This document shows, piece by piece, positions 26,806-37,894 of a DNA stretch of 64,000 bases (its first letter is position 1; the number at the start of each line of letters is the position of its first letter). Below the pieces are notes generated by a model, which was not told the DNA's origin, ran no database searches, and was given only the letters and a program-made list of their open reading frames with translations. Source of the stretch: Eledone cirrhosa (lineage: Eukaryota); contig OZ024740.1 of assembly GCA_964016885.1 (NCBI GenBank), positions 202,554,001 to 202,618,000 of the forward strand. Reading direction: 5' to 3'. The position numbers were made by a program, and so were the translations under genes.

Positions 26806-27900
26806 GTAACACCAACAACAGTGCTGGTGTAACAACAACACTGCTGGTGTAACAACAACAGTGTTGGTGTAACAACAGCAGTATTGGTGTAACAACAGCA
26901 GTATTGGTGTAACAACAGCAGTGCTGGTGTAACAACAACAGTGCTGGTGTAACAACAGCAGTATTGGTGTAACAACAGCAGTGCTGGTGTAACAACAACA
27001 GTGTTGGTGTAACAACAACAGTATTGGTGTAACAACAGCAGTATTGGTGTAACAACAGCAGTATTGGTGTAACAACAGCAGTGCTGGTGTAACAACAGCA
27101 GTGCTGGTGTAACAACAACAGTGTTGGTGTAACAACAACAGTGTTGGTGTAACAACAGCAGTGCTGGTGTAACAACAGCAGTATTGGTGTAACAACAGCA
27201 GTATTTGTGTAACAACAGCAGTGCTGGTGTAACAACAACAGTGCTGGTGTAACAACAGCAGTATTGGTGTAACAACAGCAGTGCTGGTGTAACAACAACA
27301 GTGTTGGTGTAACAACAACAGTATTGGTGTAACAACAGCAGTATTGGTGTAACAACAGCAGTATTGGTGTAACAACAGCAGTATTGGTGTAACAACAGCA
27401 GTGCTGGTGTAACAACAGCAGTGCTGGTGTAACAACAACAGTGTTGGTGTAACAACAACAGTGTTGGTGTAACAACAGCAGTGCTGGTGTAACAACAACA
27501 GTGTTGGTGTAACAACAACAGTGTTGGTGTAACAACAACAGTGTTGGTGTAACAACAGCAGTGCTGGTGTAACAACAACAGTGTTGGTGTAACAACAACA
27601 GTGTTGGTGTAACAACAACAGTGTTGGTGTAACAACAGCAGTGCTGGTGTAACAACAACAGTGTTGGTGTAACAACAACAGTGTTGGTGTAACAACAACA
27701 GTGTTGGTGTAACAACAGCAGTGCTGGTGTAACAACAACAGTGTTGGTGTAACAACAGCAGTGCTGGTGTAACAACAACAGTGTTGGTGTAACAACAACA
27801 GTACTGGTGTAACAACAACAACAGTACTGGTGTAACAACAACAGTGTTGGTGTAACAACAACAGTGTTGGTAGTGCTGGTGTAACAAGTGTTGGTGTAAT
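26806..27900. repeat. 20 bp minisatellite (gtgytggtgtaacaacarca), ~53 copies
   Basis: Three units per 60-base line; source of the LLLLHQHCCCY ORFs. Confidence 0.95.
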
Positions 27901-28021
27901 AACAGATGTAGTTGTAGTAAATAGGTATGGCGATGGTGTAACAACAACAACAAAACAACAGAAAATATTTATCAACTTTCTAAATTGCTAGTTTGTTAGT
28001 TGATAATGACTCTATTTGAAG

Positions 28022-28188
28022 AAGTAGTAGCAGTAGTAGTTGTTGTGGTAGTTGTAGTAGTGGTTGTAGTAGTGGTAGTAATAGTGGTAGTAGTAGTAGT
28101 GGTAGCAGTATTGGTAACAGCAGCAGTAATAATAGTAGTAGTGGTAGCAGTATTGGTAGTAGCAGCAGCAGTAGCAGTACTAGTAGTA
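28022..28188. repeat. (GTA)n-type trinucleotide repeat
   Basis: Directly visible. Confidence 0.9.
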
Positions 28189-28191
28189 TGA

Positions 28192-28437
28192 GGAGCACTT
28201 CAGGTTGCAGAGCCCCTCATACACAAAAAATTAGAATACACAGCAAACCCCTAATTTTACATATCAAAGTTATTTTGACGCAAGTAATTGGAATTGATAA
28301 GTTATACATACAAATACTAAATTCAAACATTCTAACCATCCTAAAACTAAAAAGCCCAGTTGAGGGCACAAATAAATTGCTACAGCCATTGCTGGTGGGA
28401 TCCCCGGGGCAATAGCCCCCCATTAAATCTTGCCCTG
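28192..28437. mobile_element. hAT-like non-autonomous element lacking its left end
   Basis: Colinear with 56086-56385; right TIR taaatcttgccctg. Confidence 0.75.
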
Positions 28438-30053
28438 ATGGTGGTGGTGGTGGAGGAGGTTCAGTGTTCTGAGTTCAGCTCTTTCAATCTGCTAATGGTT
28501 ACTACATATGTTGAACATGTGTGATTGACCCACATTAAACCAGTCAACTATGTAGTGTAATTGTGCAAATGTAAAATTAGGAGGCTTAAAAACATTGACT
28601 ATTAAATAACAAACAAGACATATTGCATACAAATAAAAATCTCTTTTTATTTGCACTACATAAGATTAAGGTAACAATCTAATCCAATGCCTTCTCACTC
28701 CTGTTGGAGGAACCCCTCCCTTGTTGACTTCCACTGCTTTCTGTTTGGTTTTGGTCATATCTTCAGGGGTGTAGCTGTACTCACCACACTTGACCAATTG
28801 CGGGTTGGTAAGGCTATTAACCCATAGTTGGGGTGGCTAGCTGTTGACTCTGAGGAGTTAGTTCATCTGCCATTTTAAAGATAACAATACTATGTAGAAA
28901 AAATTACATACATAGATAATCCAACATTAATTACAAAGAAAATAAATTAATATGCAGTGTGTGCATTTTCTTTGTGTAATTATTAATGAATGCTAGGCCA
29001 GATGATAAATACCTTGTGAAATTATAATTCACTCTATTAAATGACATGCAAATATTTGTGTGTTGAAAAGAATATATTATACAAGAAATTGTTGGTGGGA
29101 ACAAATTGCAAAGACACAAATTCAAGTAACATGGATTAAGGAGACATTTTAAAGGTTTCTCACTAGCTAGCCATTCTCATCTAATTTTATAATCTCCTGT
29201 CTCATGACTGAAAACTTCTAGAATGTTCTTAATTAATTCAAACGTTAAACCCAAAACTTGATGTGCCAAGTAACAGGTTAATGTACCCAATGAAAGGGTG
29301 TAACTCAAGGGCAACATGCATCCTCAGAGAGTGTGTGCTTGATGGACAAGGAAATTCCATTTCCTTAGTATGTCCTAAAGTGGGTTGAGTGTTTTCTAGC
29401 TGTATCATGGCCTTCATCCTTTCATCCTTTTGGGGTTGATAAAAGAAAGTACCAGTCTGGAGTATTGGATGAGCAGAACCATTAGAATGTTGGATAAGAT
29501 ATCTTATGTTATTTGTTCTCTTTATGTTCTAGGTCCTTGGGTGGTAGACAAACCATCATGACCTGGTTTGACACTACCACTTGGTCTTTTGGTGCTTTTA
29601 GCAGTGTTCACTTTGTTGCAAGCATTTGAACCAGGTTTCTGGTTTAAGGATAACTTCCTCCCTTCCTCCTACCAGTCTTGGAGGCCCTGAATAAGTGCAG
29701 GAGCATTGTAAAGAGGTTAGTTGTAGGAAGAGGATCCAACTGTAGAAAGCTTGCCAAAGGGTTGAAAGGACTCTTCAGCTGCATCAAAGACATGACAACT
29801 TTCCTAATGCTGGTGCCATGAAAAATGCACTCAGTAAAGTGTGGGGAAGTATGTAAATGAGATGTAGGACCCTACCCTGTCCAAGAGGTCTGTGGCTCTG
29901 CTTGAGTACTGACTGATTCAGTCTGTGAAGAACTATCAACTCTTGCTAGTATGGAAGACAGACATTAAATGATGGCAATGGCAATGATAATAACAGCTAA
30001 AAAAAAAGGCAATATTTTACTGAAAAGTTTAAGGCCTAGATAGAAAACATCAG

Positions 30054-30231
30054 GCAGTATCGGTAGAGGGTTGGACGCCATGCTTTCTAGCATAGTTACG
30101 TCCCTTTACAGTCTGAGTTCAAATCCCGCCGAAGTTAACTTTGCCTTTCATCCTTACGGGGTCGATAAAATAAAGTACCAGTAATGTACTGGGTAATTTG
30201 CTGGCCTTGTGCCTAAAGTAGAAACAATTAT
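30054..30231 (+). mobile_element. Meta-type SINE
   Basis: Same family as 25267-25449. Confidence 0.88.
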
Positions 30232-31697
30232 TTACTAATTTAAAAGTTTGAAATATTATTTATCCACTGTGTTAAACCATTTCATACCAAACTGACTAAA
30301 CCACAGCTGATTCTACAATACAAAGCTGTATATTTAAAGTGTATAGATTTATCTAAAAACTTTCATATTTTTATTTAAGAAGTTTTCTTAAATTATGTCC
30401 TAAATACCAACTTAATAAGAAAGTTATATTACTAAATCCTTCCAAATTCTTGATTATTTTCAAAATGATTTCATTAGAAATATGGTATGGAAAGGGTTAT
30501 TTATTTATTTATTATTTATATATTTATTCAATTTAAATATCTGTATAGAGCTAGTAAGCCATGACATGACATACTAGGGGAAGTATTGACTACTCCTTAT
30601 AGTTGGTAATCAAAAGGAGCTAGTGAGACAAGTAATAAAAAAGAAAAAATGTTTAAGGAAAAATAAAATAAAATAAAAATAAAATTTTCAATATTTGAAG
30701 GCCATTATCTTATATTCACTACTTGTCTTAACCTTTTTCATATCAAACTTCTTGATACTCTTCCTTGTTGTATGATAGAAAACTATTTATTTTAAAGAGT
30801 TTATATTTATTTAAAAACGTTCCATCATAATTTTATCTAAGAAACTTTGAAGAACACCAACTTAATGAGAAAGATAGTTATTTTAATTATATTTCTAAAT
30901 CCCTTCAAATTCTTGAATATTTTCAACGATAATGAAAAAGCTAATTAGATTATGCAAACCTAATGTAGAGGTCCCTTTAGGTTAATGGCCCTACTATCAG
31001 GTCTCATGTAATTCTTTTCATTTATGCCTAACGATGTCCTTGATTAGTCATTAGTATGGCAGAAGCAATATTAATGAGAAATGCCTTTAGGTAAGTTCGT
31101 TAACTTTACTTGTTGCTGTAGGGGGTTAACACCACAGGCATACTTAGAGTGTGTGTAATATGGCTAGTGTGTTTGTGGTGGGGACTATGTAATGTGTTGC
31201 TTCACTGACATGCTGTTACTGTTGGTGCTGGTGTCGGTGTTGGTGCTGTTGGTCTTGCTTCACTGACATGCTGTTACTGCTGCTGGTGTTGGTATTGCTG
31301 GTGCTGTTGGTGCTGCTGTTGCTTCTGGTCCTGTTGGTGTTGACGCTGGCGCTTCACTGACATGCTGATGGTGGTTCTGTTGGTGTTGCTGCTGTGCTGG
31401 TACTGTTGGTGTTGGTGGTGTTACTGTTGCTGTTGGTGTTACTGCTGCTGAAATAGGAAAACACCAGAGAAACGCTTAGTACATAGTCTGTGTGTGTAAA
31501 TAACTACTAACTATAGCTAGTGTGTTATGGGTGGAGGGAGTGGTGGTGGGAGTTGACTGGTCTATGTAGTGTGTTGCTGTTGTTACTGTTGTTGTTATTG
31601 TTGCTGCTTATAAAACAACATTGACAAATGTGGGTTTGAGATTAGGAGGAGAGGGTGAGTAATAGGGAGAGAAGTTGACTGGTCAATGGAGTGTATT

Positions 31698-31967
31698 GCT
31701 GCTGCCATTGTTGCTGCCACCGTCACTGCTGCCGTCGCTGCTGCCACCATTGTTGCTGCCACCATTGCTGCAGCTACCATTGCTGCTGCCATTGTTGCTG
31801 CCACCATTGCTGCAGCCACCATTGTTGCTGCCACCATTACTGCAGCCACCATTGCTGCTGCCACCATTGCTGCTGCCACCATTGCTGCTGCCACCATTGC
31901 TGCTGCCACCATTGCTGCTGCCACCATTGCTGCTGCCACCATTGCTGCTGCCACCATTGCTGCTGCT
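31698..31967. repeat. 15 bp minisatellite (ccaccattgctgctg)
   Basis: 5-aa periodic ORFs (AAATI, GGSSN, CCCHH). Confidence 0.93.
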
Positions 31968-32115
31968 CACACAACAAAGTAGACAAGTGTTTTCACAGCT
32001 ATCAACATCTGATTACTTTTCAATAAGACAGCTCTCACTGTTGTTGTTGCAGCAACATAAACAAACATCTCATTACAGGAGCTACTAGAGGTTGGCTGGA
32101 AGCACTTTGTCCCCT

Positions 32116-32870
32116 CACACACACACATACACACACTGATACATGCACTCACACACACACACATACACATACACATATACACACACTGATACATGCACTC
32201 ACACACACACACACATACACACTGATACATGCACTCACACACACACACACATACACATACACACATACACACACTGATACATGCACTCACACACACACAT
32301 ACACACATACACACACTGATACATGCACTCACACACACACACATACACATACACATATACACACACTGATACATGCACTCACACACACATACACACTGAT
32401 ACATGCACTCACACACACACACACATACACATACACACATACACACACTGATACATGCACTCACACACACACATACACACATACACACACTGATACATGC
32501 ACTCACACACACACATACACACACTGATACATGCACTCACACACATACACACACTGATACATGCACTTACACACACACACATACACACACTGATACATGC
32601 ACTCACACACACACACACATACACACACTGATACATGCACACACACACACATACACATACACATATACACACACTGATACATGCACTCACACACACACAC
32701 ACACACATACACACACTGATACATGCACTCACACATACACACACATGCACACATACATACACTGGCATGCATACTGACAGACATGCATCCACTCACACAC
32801 ACACATACTGACATTGATTTACACACATTGACCTATACACTTACACACACACACACACACTGATACATGT
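32116..32870. repeat. Compound repeat: fixed acactgatacatgcactc core plus variable (CA)n spacer
   Basis: Roughly 16 cores separated by CA/TA tracts of varying length. Confidence 0.9.
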
Positions 32871-32941
32871 ACACAATACTACCCACATGCAGCAACACTG
32901 AAGTATTCTTCTTTTTTTTAATCCAAGATGATTGTATTATT

Positions 32942-33006
<65 letters not shown>

Positions 33007-33294
33007 ATAAATATGTGTGTGTGTGTGTGTGTGTATAAATATGTGTGTGTGTGTGTGTGTGTATTTATGTATGTATGTGTATATATATGTGTGTATGTAT
33101 GTATGTATGTGTATGTATATATGTATGTGTGTATGTATATATGTATGTGTGTATGTATGTGTATGTATATATGTATGTATGTGTATGTATATATGTATGT
33201 ATGTGTGTGTATATATATGTATGTATGTGTATGTGTATATATATGTATGTATGTGTATGTGTATATATATATGTATGTGTGTATATATATATGT
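32942..33294. repeat. Compound TG/TA/TATG microsatellite
   Basis: Directly visible. Confidence 0.93.
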
Positions 33295-33303
33295 AATAAA
33301 ATT

Positions 33304-33473
33304 GGAGGCACATGGCTTAGTGGTTAGAGCATTGGGCTTGCAATCGAAAGGTTGTGAGTTCAATTCTCAGACCGGGTGATGTAGCATCCAGCTGTAGAAA
33401 TCAAGCCAGAATCAGTTCCCGTCCCACCCTTGCAAGCAGGGAAAAAGCGGACGTAAAATGAAATGAAATGATG
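33304..33473 (+). mobile_element. CORE-SINE copy with internal deletion (tRNA head joined to RTE-type tail)
   Basis: Head near-identical to 39607; jumps from gggtgatgt to gcatccagctgtagaaatcaagcc. Confidence 0.82.
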
Positions 33474-33534
33474 AATAATATATGTAGAAATAAACACAGT
33501 AAATTACTGTTTATTTCTACATATATTATTATAT

Positions 33535-33716
33535 AATTGTTTCTACTATTGGCACAAGGCCAGTAATTATCCCAGTGCATTACTGGTACTTTATTTTATC
33601 GACCCCCGTAAGGATGAAAGGCAAAGTTAACCTCGGCGGAATTTGAACTCAGAATTGCAAGAGCCATAACTCTATGCGTCAAAGCATGGCATCCGACCCT
33701 CTACCGATACTGACAA
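33535..33716 (-). mobile_element. Meta-type SINE
   Basis: Reverse complement of the 25267 family. Confidence 0.88.
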
Positions 33717-33825
33717 TTCAATGCTCAGTATTTATACTTTGAGCTTGTTAATTGCAGTGTATCAATATGAGTTAGTAACTCTGTATTTTATTTGTATGTA
33801 TATATGTATATATATGTATATGTGT

Positions 33826-34148
33826 ATCATCATCACCATCATCATCATCATTTTCCCTGCTTGCAAGGGTGGGACGGGAACTGATTCTGGCTTGATTTCT
33901 ATAGCTGGATGCCCTTCCTAACACCAACCTCATTTACAGAGAGTGCTGGGTGCTTTTTTGCCGTGGCACCTCCACAACCACTTTGCAGTGGAATGATATG
34001 GACCCCAGTCCCTATCATCTCATTTCTACAGCTGAGTAAACTGGAGCAATGTGAAATAAAGTGTTTTGCCCAAGGAAACAACACATCACCCGGTCTGAGA
34101 ATTGAACTCTCAACCTTTTGATTGCAAAGCCAATGCTCTAACCACTAA

Positions 34149-34152
<4 letters not shown>
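33826..34152 (-). mobile_element. CORE-SINE with RTE-derived 3' tail
   Basis: Reverse complement of the 39607 family; (cat)n tail; one tail module fewer than 42605-42990. Confidence 0.87.
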
Positions 34153-34192
<40 letters not shown>

Positions 34193-34196
34193 TATA

Positions 34197-35550
34197 TCAT
34201 CATCATCATCATCATCATCATCGTTTAACGTCCATATTCCACGCTTGCATGGGTTTGGACGGGAGTTTTCCCACTTGAGGCAAGAGTGGTTGTCTTGCTC
34301 GCATAGGACTGTCTGGCGGGTTTTCTACGGCTGGATGCCCTTCCTAACACCAACCACATTTACAGTGTGAAACTGGGAGGTTTTTACCATGTAACCTACA
34401 CGGCCACATTACAGCGTGGGCTGTGTGTTTTTTTGTTGTGACACCTACACGACCTCATTTGTTTCGGGCTGGATGTTGTGGTACCAACATAACTTTACAT
34501 TGAAAGGGGTGGTGTGGATGGGGTGGGGGTAGTGGGACGGGGGTGTATTTTGTTAGAGGTCCAGTCTGCGTATATCCTCTGCACACAATGCCCAGGTCTC
34601 ACTACCATGCAACATTGCTGTTCGTATGCAGGCATCCTACAGCCTGCCTTTCATTTTTAGGGAGAACCCTTTAGCGGCTAATAGTGGTATAAGCTCTCTG
34701 AACTTTTTCCATCCAGTTCTGACTCTAGCTACTGTACTTTCAGAGCACCCTCCCCCACTGCTGATTTTGTCACCCAGGTAACGGAAGCTGTCCACTATTT
34801 CTATAAAACCATCTGTGCAATGGAATGAGCTAGTATTCTGTGGGCACTTGCTGCTACTCATTGCACCAGAGCACCGGCCACATATAAAATCTATGTTCTT
34901 AGTTAGCTTACCAGTGATCACACTACATCTTTTATGCACCCATACTTTGCATTTGGGACATAAAATGGAGTTTCTACCTACTCCTTTCCTACACACTGAG
35001 CACGGCCATTTCCCAGATGGGGCCGGTGCCCTATTTTCCTTCCTACAAACTAGAACTTTAGTCTTAGACAGGTTAATTTTAAGGCCTTTTGATTCTAGGA
35101 CATGCTTCCATGTTTGGAATTTCTTCTCTAGTTCAGCCATTTATTCAGCTATGAGCGTTAGATCATCTGCGTATAGGAGTTCCCACGGGCAGCCGGTCTT
35201 GAACTCCACTGTTATGGCCTGAAGGGCAATAATAAATAGTAGGGGGTTAAGAACGGAGCCCTGATGAACACCAACTTTTACGCTAAACTCTTCACTATAT
35301 TCGTTGTTAATTCTAACCTTGCTGACTGTTTCTTTATACATGGCTTGTATAGCTCTCACAAGCCATTCATCAACACCTAGTTTTCTAAGAGCCCACCAGA
35401 TAATGGAACGGGGGACTCTGTTGAAGGCTTTCTCCAAGTCGACAAAAGCTAAGTATAGGGGTTTACTTTTAGCTAGGTACTTCTCCTGTAGTTGTCGTAC
35501 AATGAAAAGAGCGTCTGTGGTACTTTTGCCTGACACAAACCCGAACTGCA
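34197..35550 (-). mobile_element. 5'-truncated RTE LINE (left arm of palindrome); two in-frame stops and a ~380 bp internal deletion
   Basis: QFGF, FVDLEKAF, VHQGSVL, YADD, PHD and FRYLG motifs; stops at 35141-35143 and 34637-34639; junction gttagag-gtcc-agtctgcg at ~34558; (cat)n tail. Confidence 0.93.
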
Positions 35551-36444
35551 TATATATATGATATGCAGTTATAGATGAAATGCAGTTCGGGTTTGTGTCA
35601 GGCAAAAGTACCACAGACGCTCTTTTCATAGTACGACAACTACAAGAGAAGTACCTAGCTAAAGGTAAACCCCTCTACTTAGCTTTTGTCGACTTGGAGA
35701 AAGCCTTCGACAGAGTCCCCCGCTCCATTATCTGGTGGGCTCTTAGAAAACTAGGCGTTGACGAATGGCTTGTGAGGGCTATACAAGCCATGTATAAAGA
35801 AACAGTCAGCAAGGTTAGAATTAACAACGAATATAGTGAAGAGTTTAGCGTAAAAGTCGGCGTCCATCAGGGCTCTGTTCTCAGTCCACTACTATTTATT
35901 ATTGCCCTTCAGGCCATAACAGAGGAGTTCAAGACAGGCTGCTAGACAAGCTAAGTATAGGGGTTTACTTTTAGCTAGGTACTTCTCCTGTAGTTGTCGT
36001 ACAATGAAAAGAGCGTCTGTGGTACTTTTGCCTGACACAAACCCGAACTGCATATATATATGATATGCAGTTATAGATGAAATGCAGTTCGGGTTTGTGT
36101 CAGGCAAAAGTACCACAGACGCTCTTTTCATAGTACGACAACTACAAGAGAAGTACCTAGCTAAAGGTAAACCCCTCTACTTAGCTTTTGTCGACTTGGA
36201 GAAAGCCTTCGACAGAGTCCCCCGCTCCATTATCTGGTGGGCTCTTAGAAAACTAGGCGTTGACGAATGGCTTGTGAGGGCTATACAAGCCATGTATAAA
36301 GAAACAGTCAGCAAGGTTAGAATTAACAACGAATATAGTGAAGAGTTTAGCGTAAAAGTCGGCGTCCATCAGGGCTCTGTTCTCAGTCCACTACTATTTA
36401 TTATTGCCCTTCAGGCCATAACAGAGGAGTTCAAGACAGGCTGC
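35446..36444. repeat. 502 bp-period tandem duplication of the palindrome junction
   Basis: 35446-35942 repeats at 35948-36444 with no differences seen by eye, including the inversion centre. Confidence 0.9.
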
Positions 36445-37810
36445 CCATGGGAACTCCTATACGCAGACGACCTGACACTCATAGCGGAATCAATGGCCGA
36501 GCTAGAGAAGAAATTCCAAACATGGAAGCACGGCCTAGAGTCAAAAGGACTTAAAATTAACCTGGCTAAGACCAAAGTACTAGTTTGTAGGAAAGAAAAC
36601 AAGGCGGCGGTCCCTTCTGGGAAATGGTCGTGCTCGGTGTGTAGGAAAGGCGTAGGTAGAAACTCCATTTTATGTCCTAAATGCAAAGTATGGGTGCATA
36701 AAAGATGTAGTGGGATCACAGGTAGGCTAACTAAGAACATAGATTTTACATGTGGCCGGTGCTCTGGTGCAATAAGTAGCAGCAAGTGCCCACAAACTAC
36801 TAGCTCTTTCAATTGCGCAGAGGGTTCTATAGAAATAGTGGACAGCTTCCGTTACCTGGGCGATAAAATCAGCAGTGGGGGAGGGTGCTCTGAAAGTACT
36901 GTAGCTAGAGTCAGAACTGGTTGGAAAAAGTTCAGAGAGCTTATACCACTATTAGCTGCTAAAGGGTTCTCACTAAAAATGAAAGGCAGGTTGTACGATG
37001 CCTGCATACGAACAGCAATGCTGCATGGCAGTGAGACCTGGGCATTGTGTGCAGAGGATATACGCAGACTAGAGAGGAACGAAGCTTGCATGCTCCGCTG
37101 GATGTGTAACAGTAATATACGTGAACGGCAAAGCATAAACGAACTAAGGAATAAATTAGAGATAAGAGGGATCAGATGTTGTTTACTCGAGAGAAGGCTA
37201 CGTTGGTATGGACACGTGATGCGCATGAAAGTCGATAGCTGTATAACAAAGTGCAGGGCAATAAAGATAGACGGTAGTCACGGAATAGGCAGACCTAGAA
37301 AAACCTGGGACGAGCTGATAAACTCCGACATCACACACTTACACCTCTCCAAGACAATGTCACTGGACCGAGACCTTTGGCGGTACTCAGTAACAGAGAA
37401 GACCCGCCTTACCTAAATATATAGTAAAACCTACTCCAGCCAGTAGGCATCTCTAACAAATACACCCCGTCCCACCACCCCCACCCGATCCACACCACCC
37501 CGTTCTATGTAAAGTTATGTTGGTGCCGCGCCATCGAGGCCGAAACAAATGAGATCGTGTAGGTGTCACGACAAAAAAACACACAGTCCACGCTGTAATG
37601 TGGCCGTGTAGGCAACACGGTAAAAACCTCCCAGACCCACACTGTAAATGTGGTTGGTGTTAGGAAGGGCATCCAACTGTAGAAAACCTGCCAGACAGTC
37701 CTATGCGAGCAAGACAATCACTCTTGCCTCAAGTGGGACTACCCCCGTCCAAACCCATGCAAGCGTGGAACACGGACGTTAAACGCTGATGATGATGATG
37801 ATGATGATGA
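36073..37810 (+). mobile_element. 5'-truncated RTE LINE (right arm) with 3'UTR and (GAT)n tail
   Basis: Contains ORF 36082-37416; 3'UTR matches 1-326 and 50554-50925. Confidence 0.95.
36082..37416 (+). CDS. RTE ORF2 fragment: non-LTR reverse transcriptase with inserted PHD-type zinc finger (444 aa, lacks the N-terminal APE endonuclease)
   Basis: QFGF..GKST, FVDLEKAFDRV, GVHQGSVLSPLLF, LYADD, FRYLG, RLRWYGH; no stops. Probably not translated as such because the copy is 5'-truncated. Confidence 0.88.
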   Translation: MQFGFVSGKSTTDALFIVRQLQEKYLAKGKPLYLAFVDLEKAFDRVPRSIIWWALRKLGVDEWLVRAIQAMYKETVSKVRINNEYSEEFSVKVGVHQGSVLSPLLFIIALQAITEEFKTGCPWELLYADDLTLIAESMAELEKKFQTWKHGLESKGLKINLAKTKVLVCRKENKAAVPSGKWSCSVCRKGVGRNSILCPKCKVWVHKRCSGITGRLTKNIDFTCGRCSGAISSSKCPQTTSSFNCAEGSIEIVDSFRYLGDKISSGGGCSESTVARVRTGWKKFRELIPLLAAKGFSLKMKGRLYDACIRTAMLHGSETWALCAEDIRRLERNEACMLRWMCNSNIRERQSINELRNKLEIRGIRCCLLERRLRWYGHVMRMKVDSCITKCRAIKIDGSHGIGRPRKTWDELINSDITHLHLSKTMSLDRDLWRYSVTEKTRLT

Positions 37811-37894
37811 TATATATACACACACAGATAAATAGATATATGGGTTCCCTACCTTTTTATCATCGCAGTGGTCTATTGTATGCACCCTACACTG

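Noticed and set aside
26675-27975. Three Cys/His-rich ~420-aa ORFs
   Set aside because: All three frames are open because the 20 bp unit lacks stops on that strand; not a metal-binding protein.
31686-32026. Poly-Ala, Cys/His and Gly/Ser ORFs
   Set aside because: Translations of a 15 bp minisatellite in several frames.
33474-33530. pre-miRNA
   Set aside because: Extremely AT-rich, no known mature sequence recognised; kept only as a DNA hairpin.
36082-37416. Retron, DGR or group II intron RT, or an autonomous LINE
   Set aside because: Motifs, 3'UTR and (GAT)n tail are RTE-type; the endonuclease half is missing.
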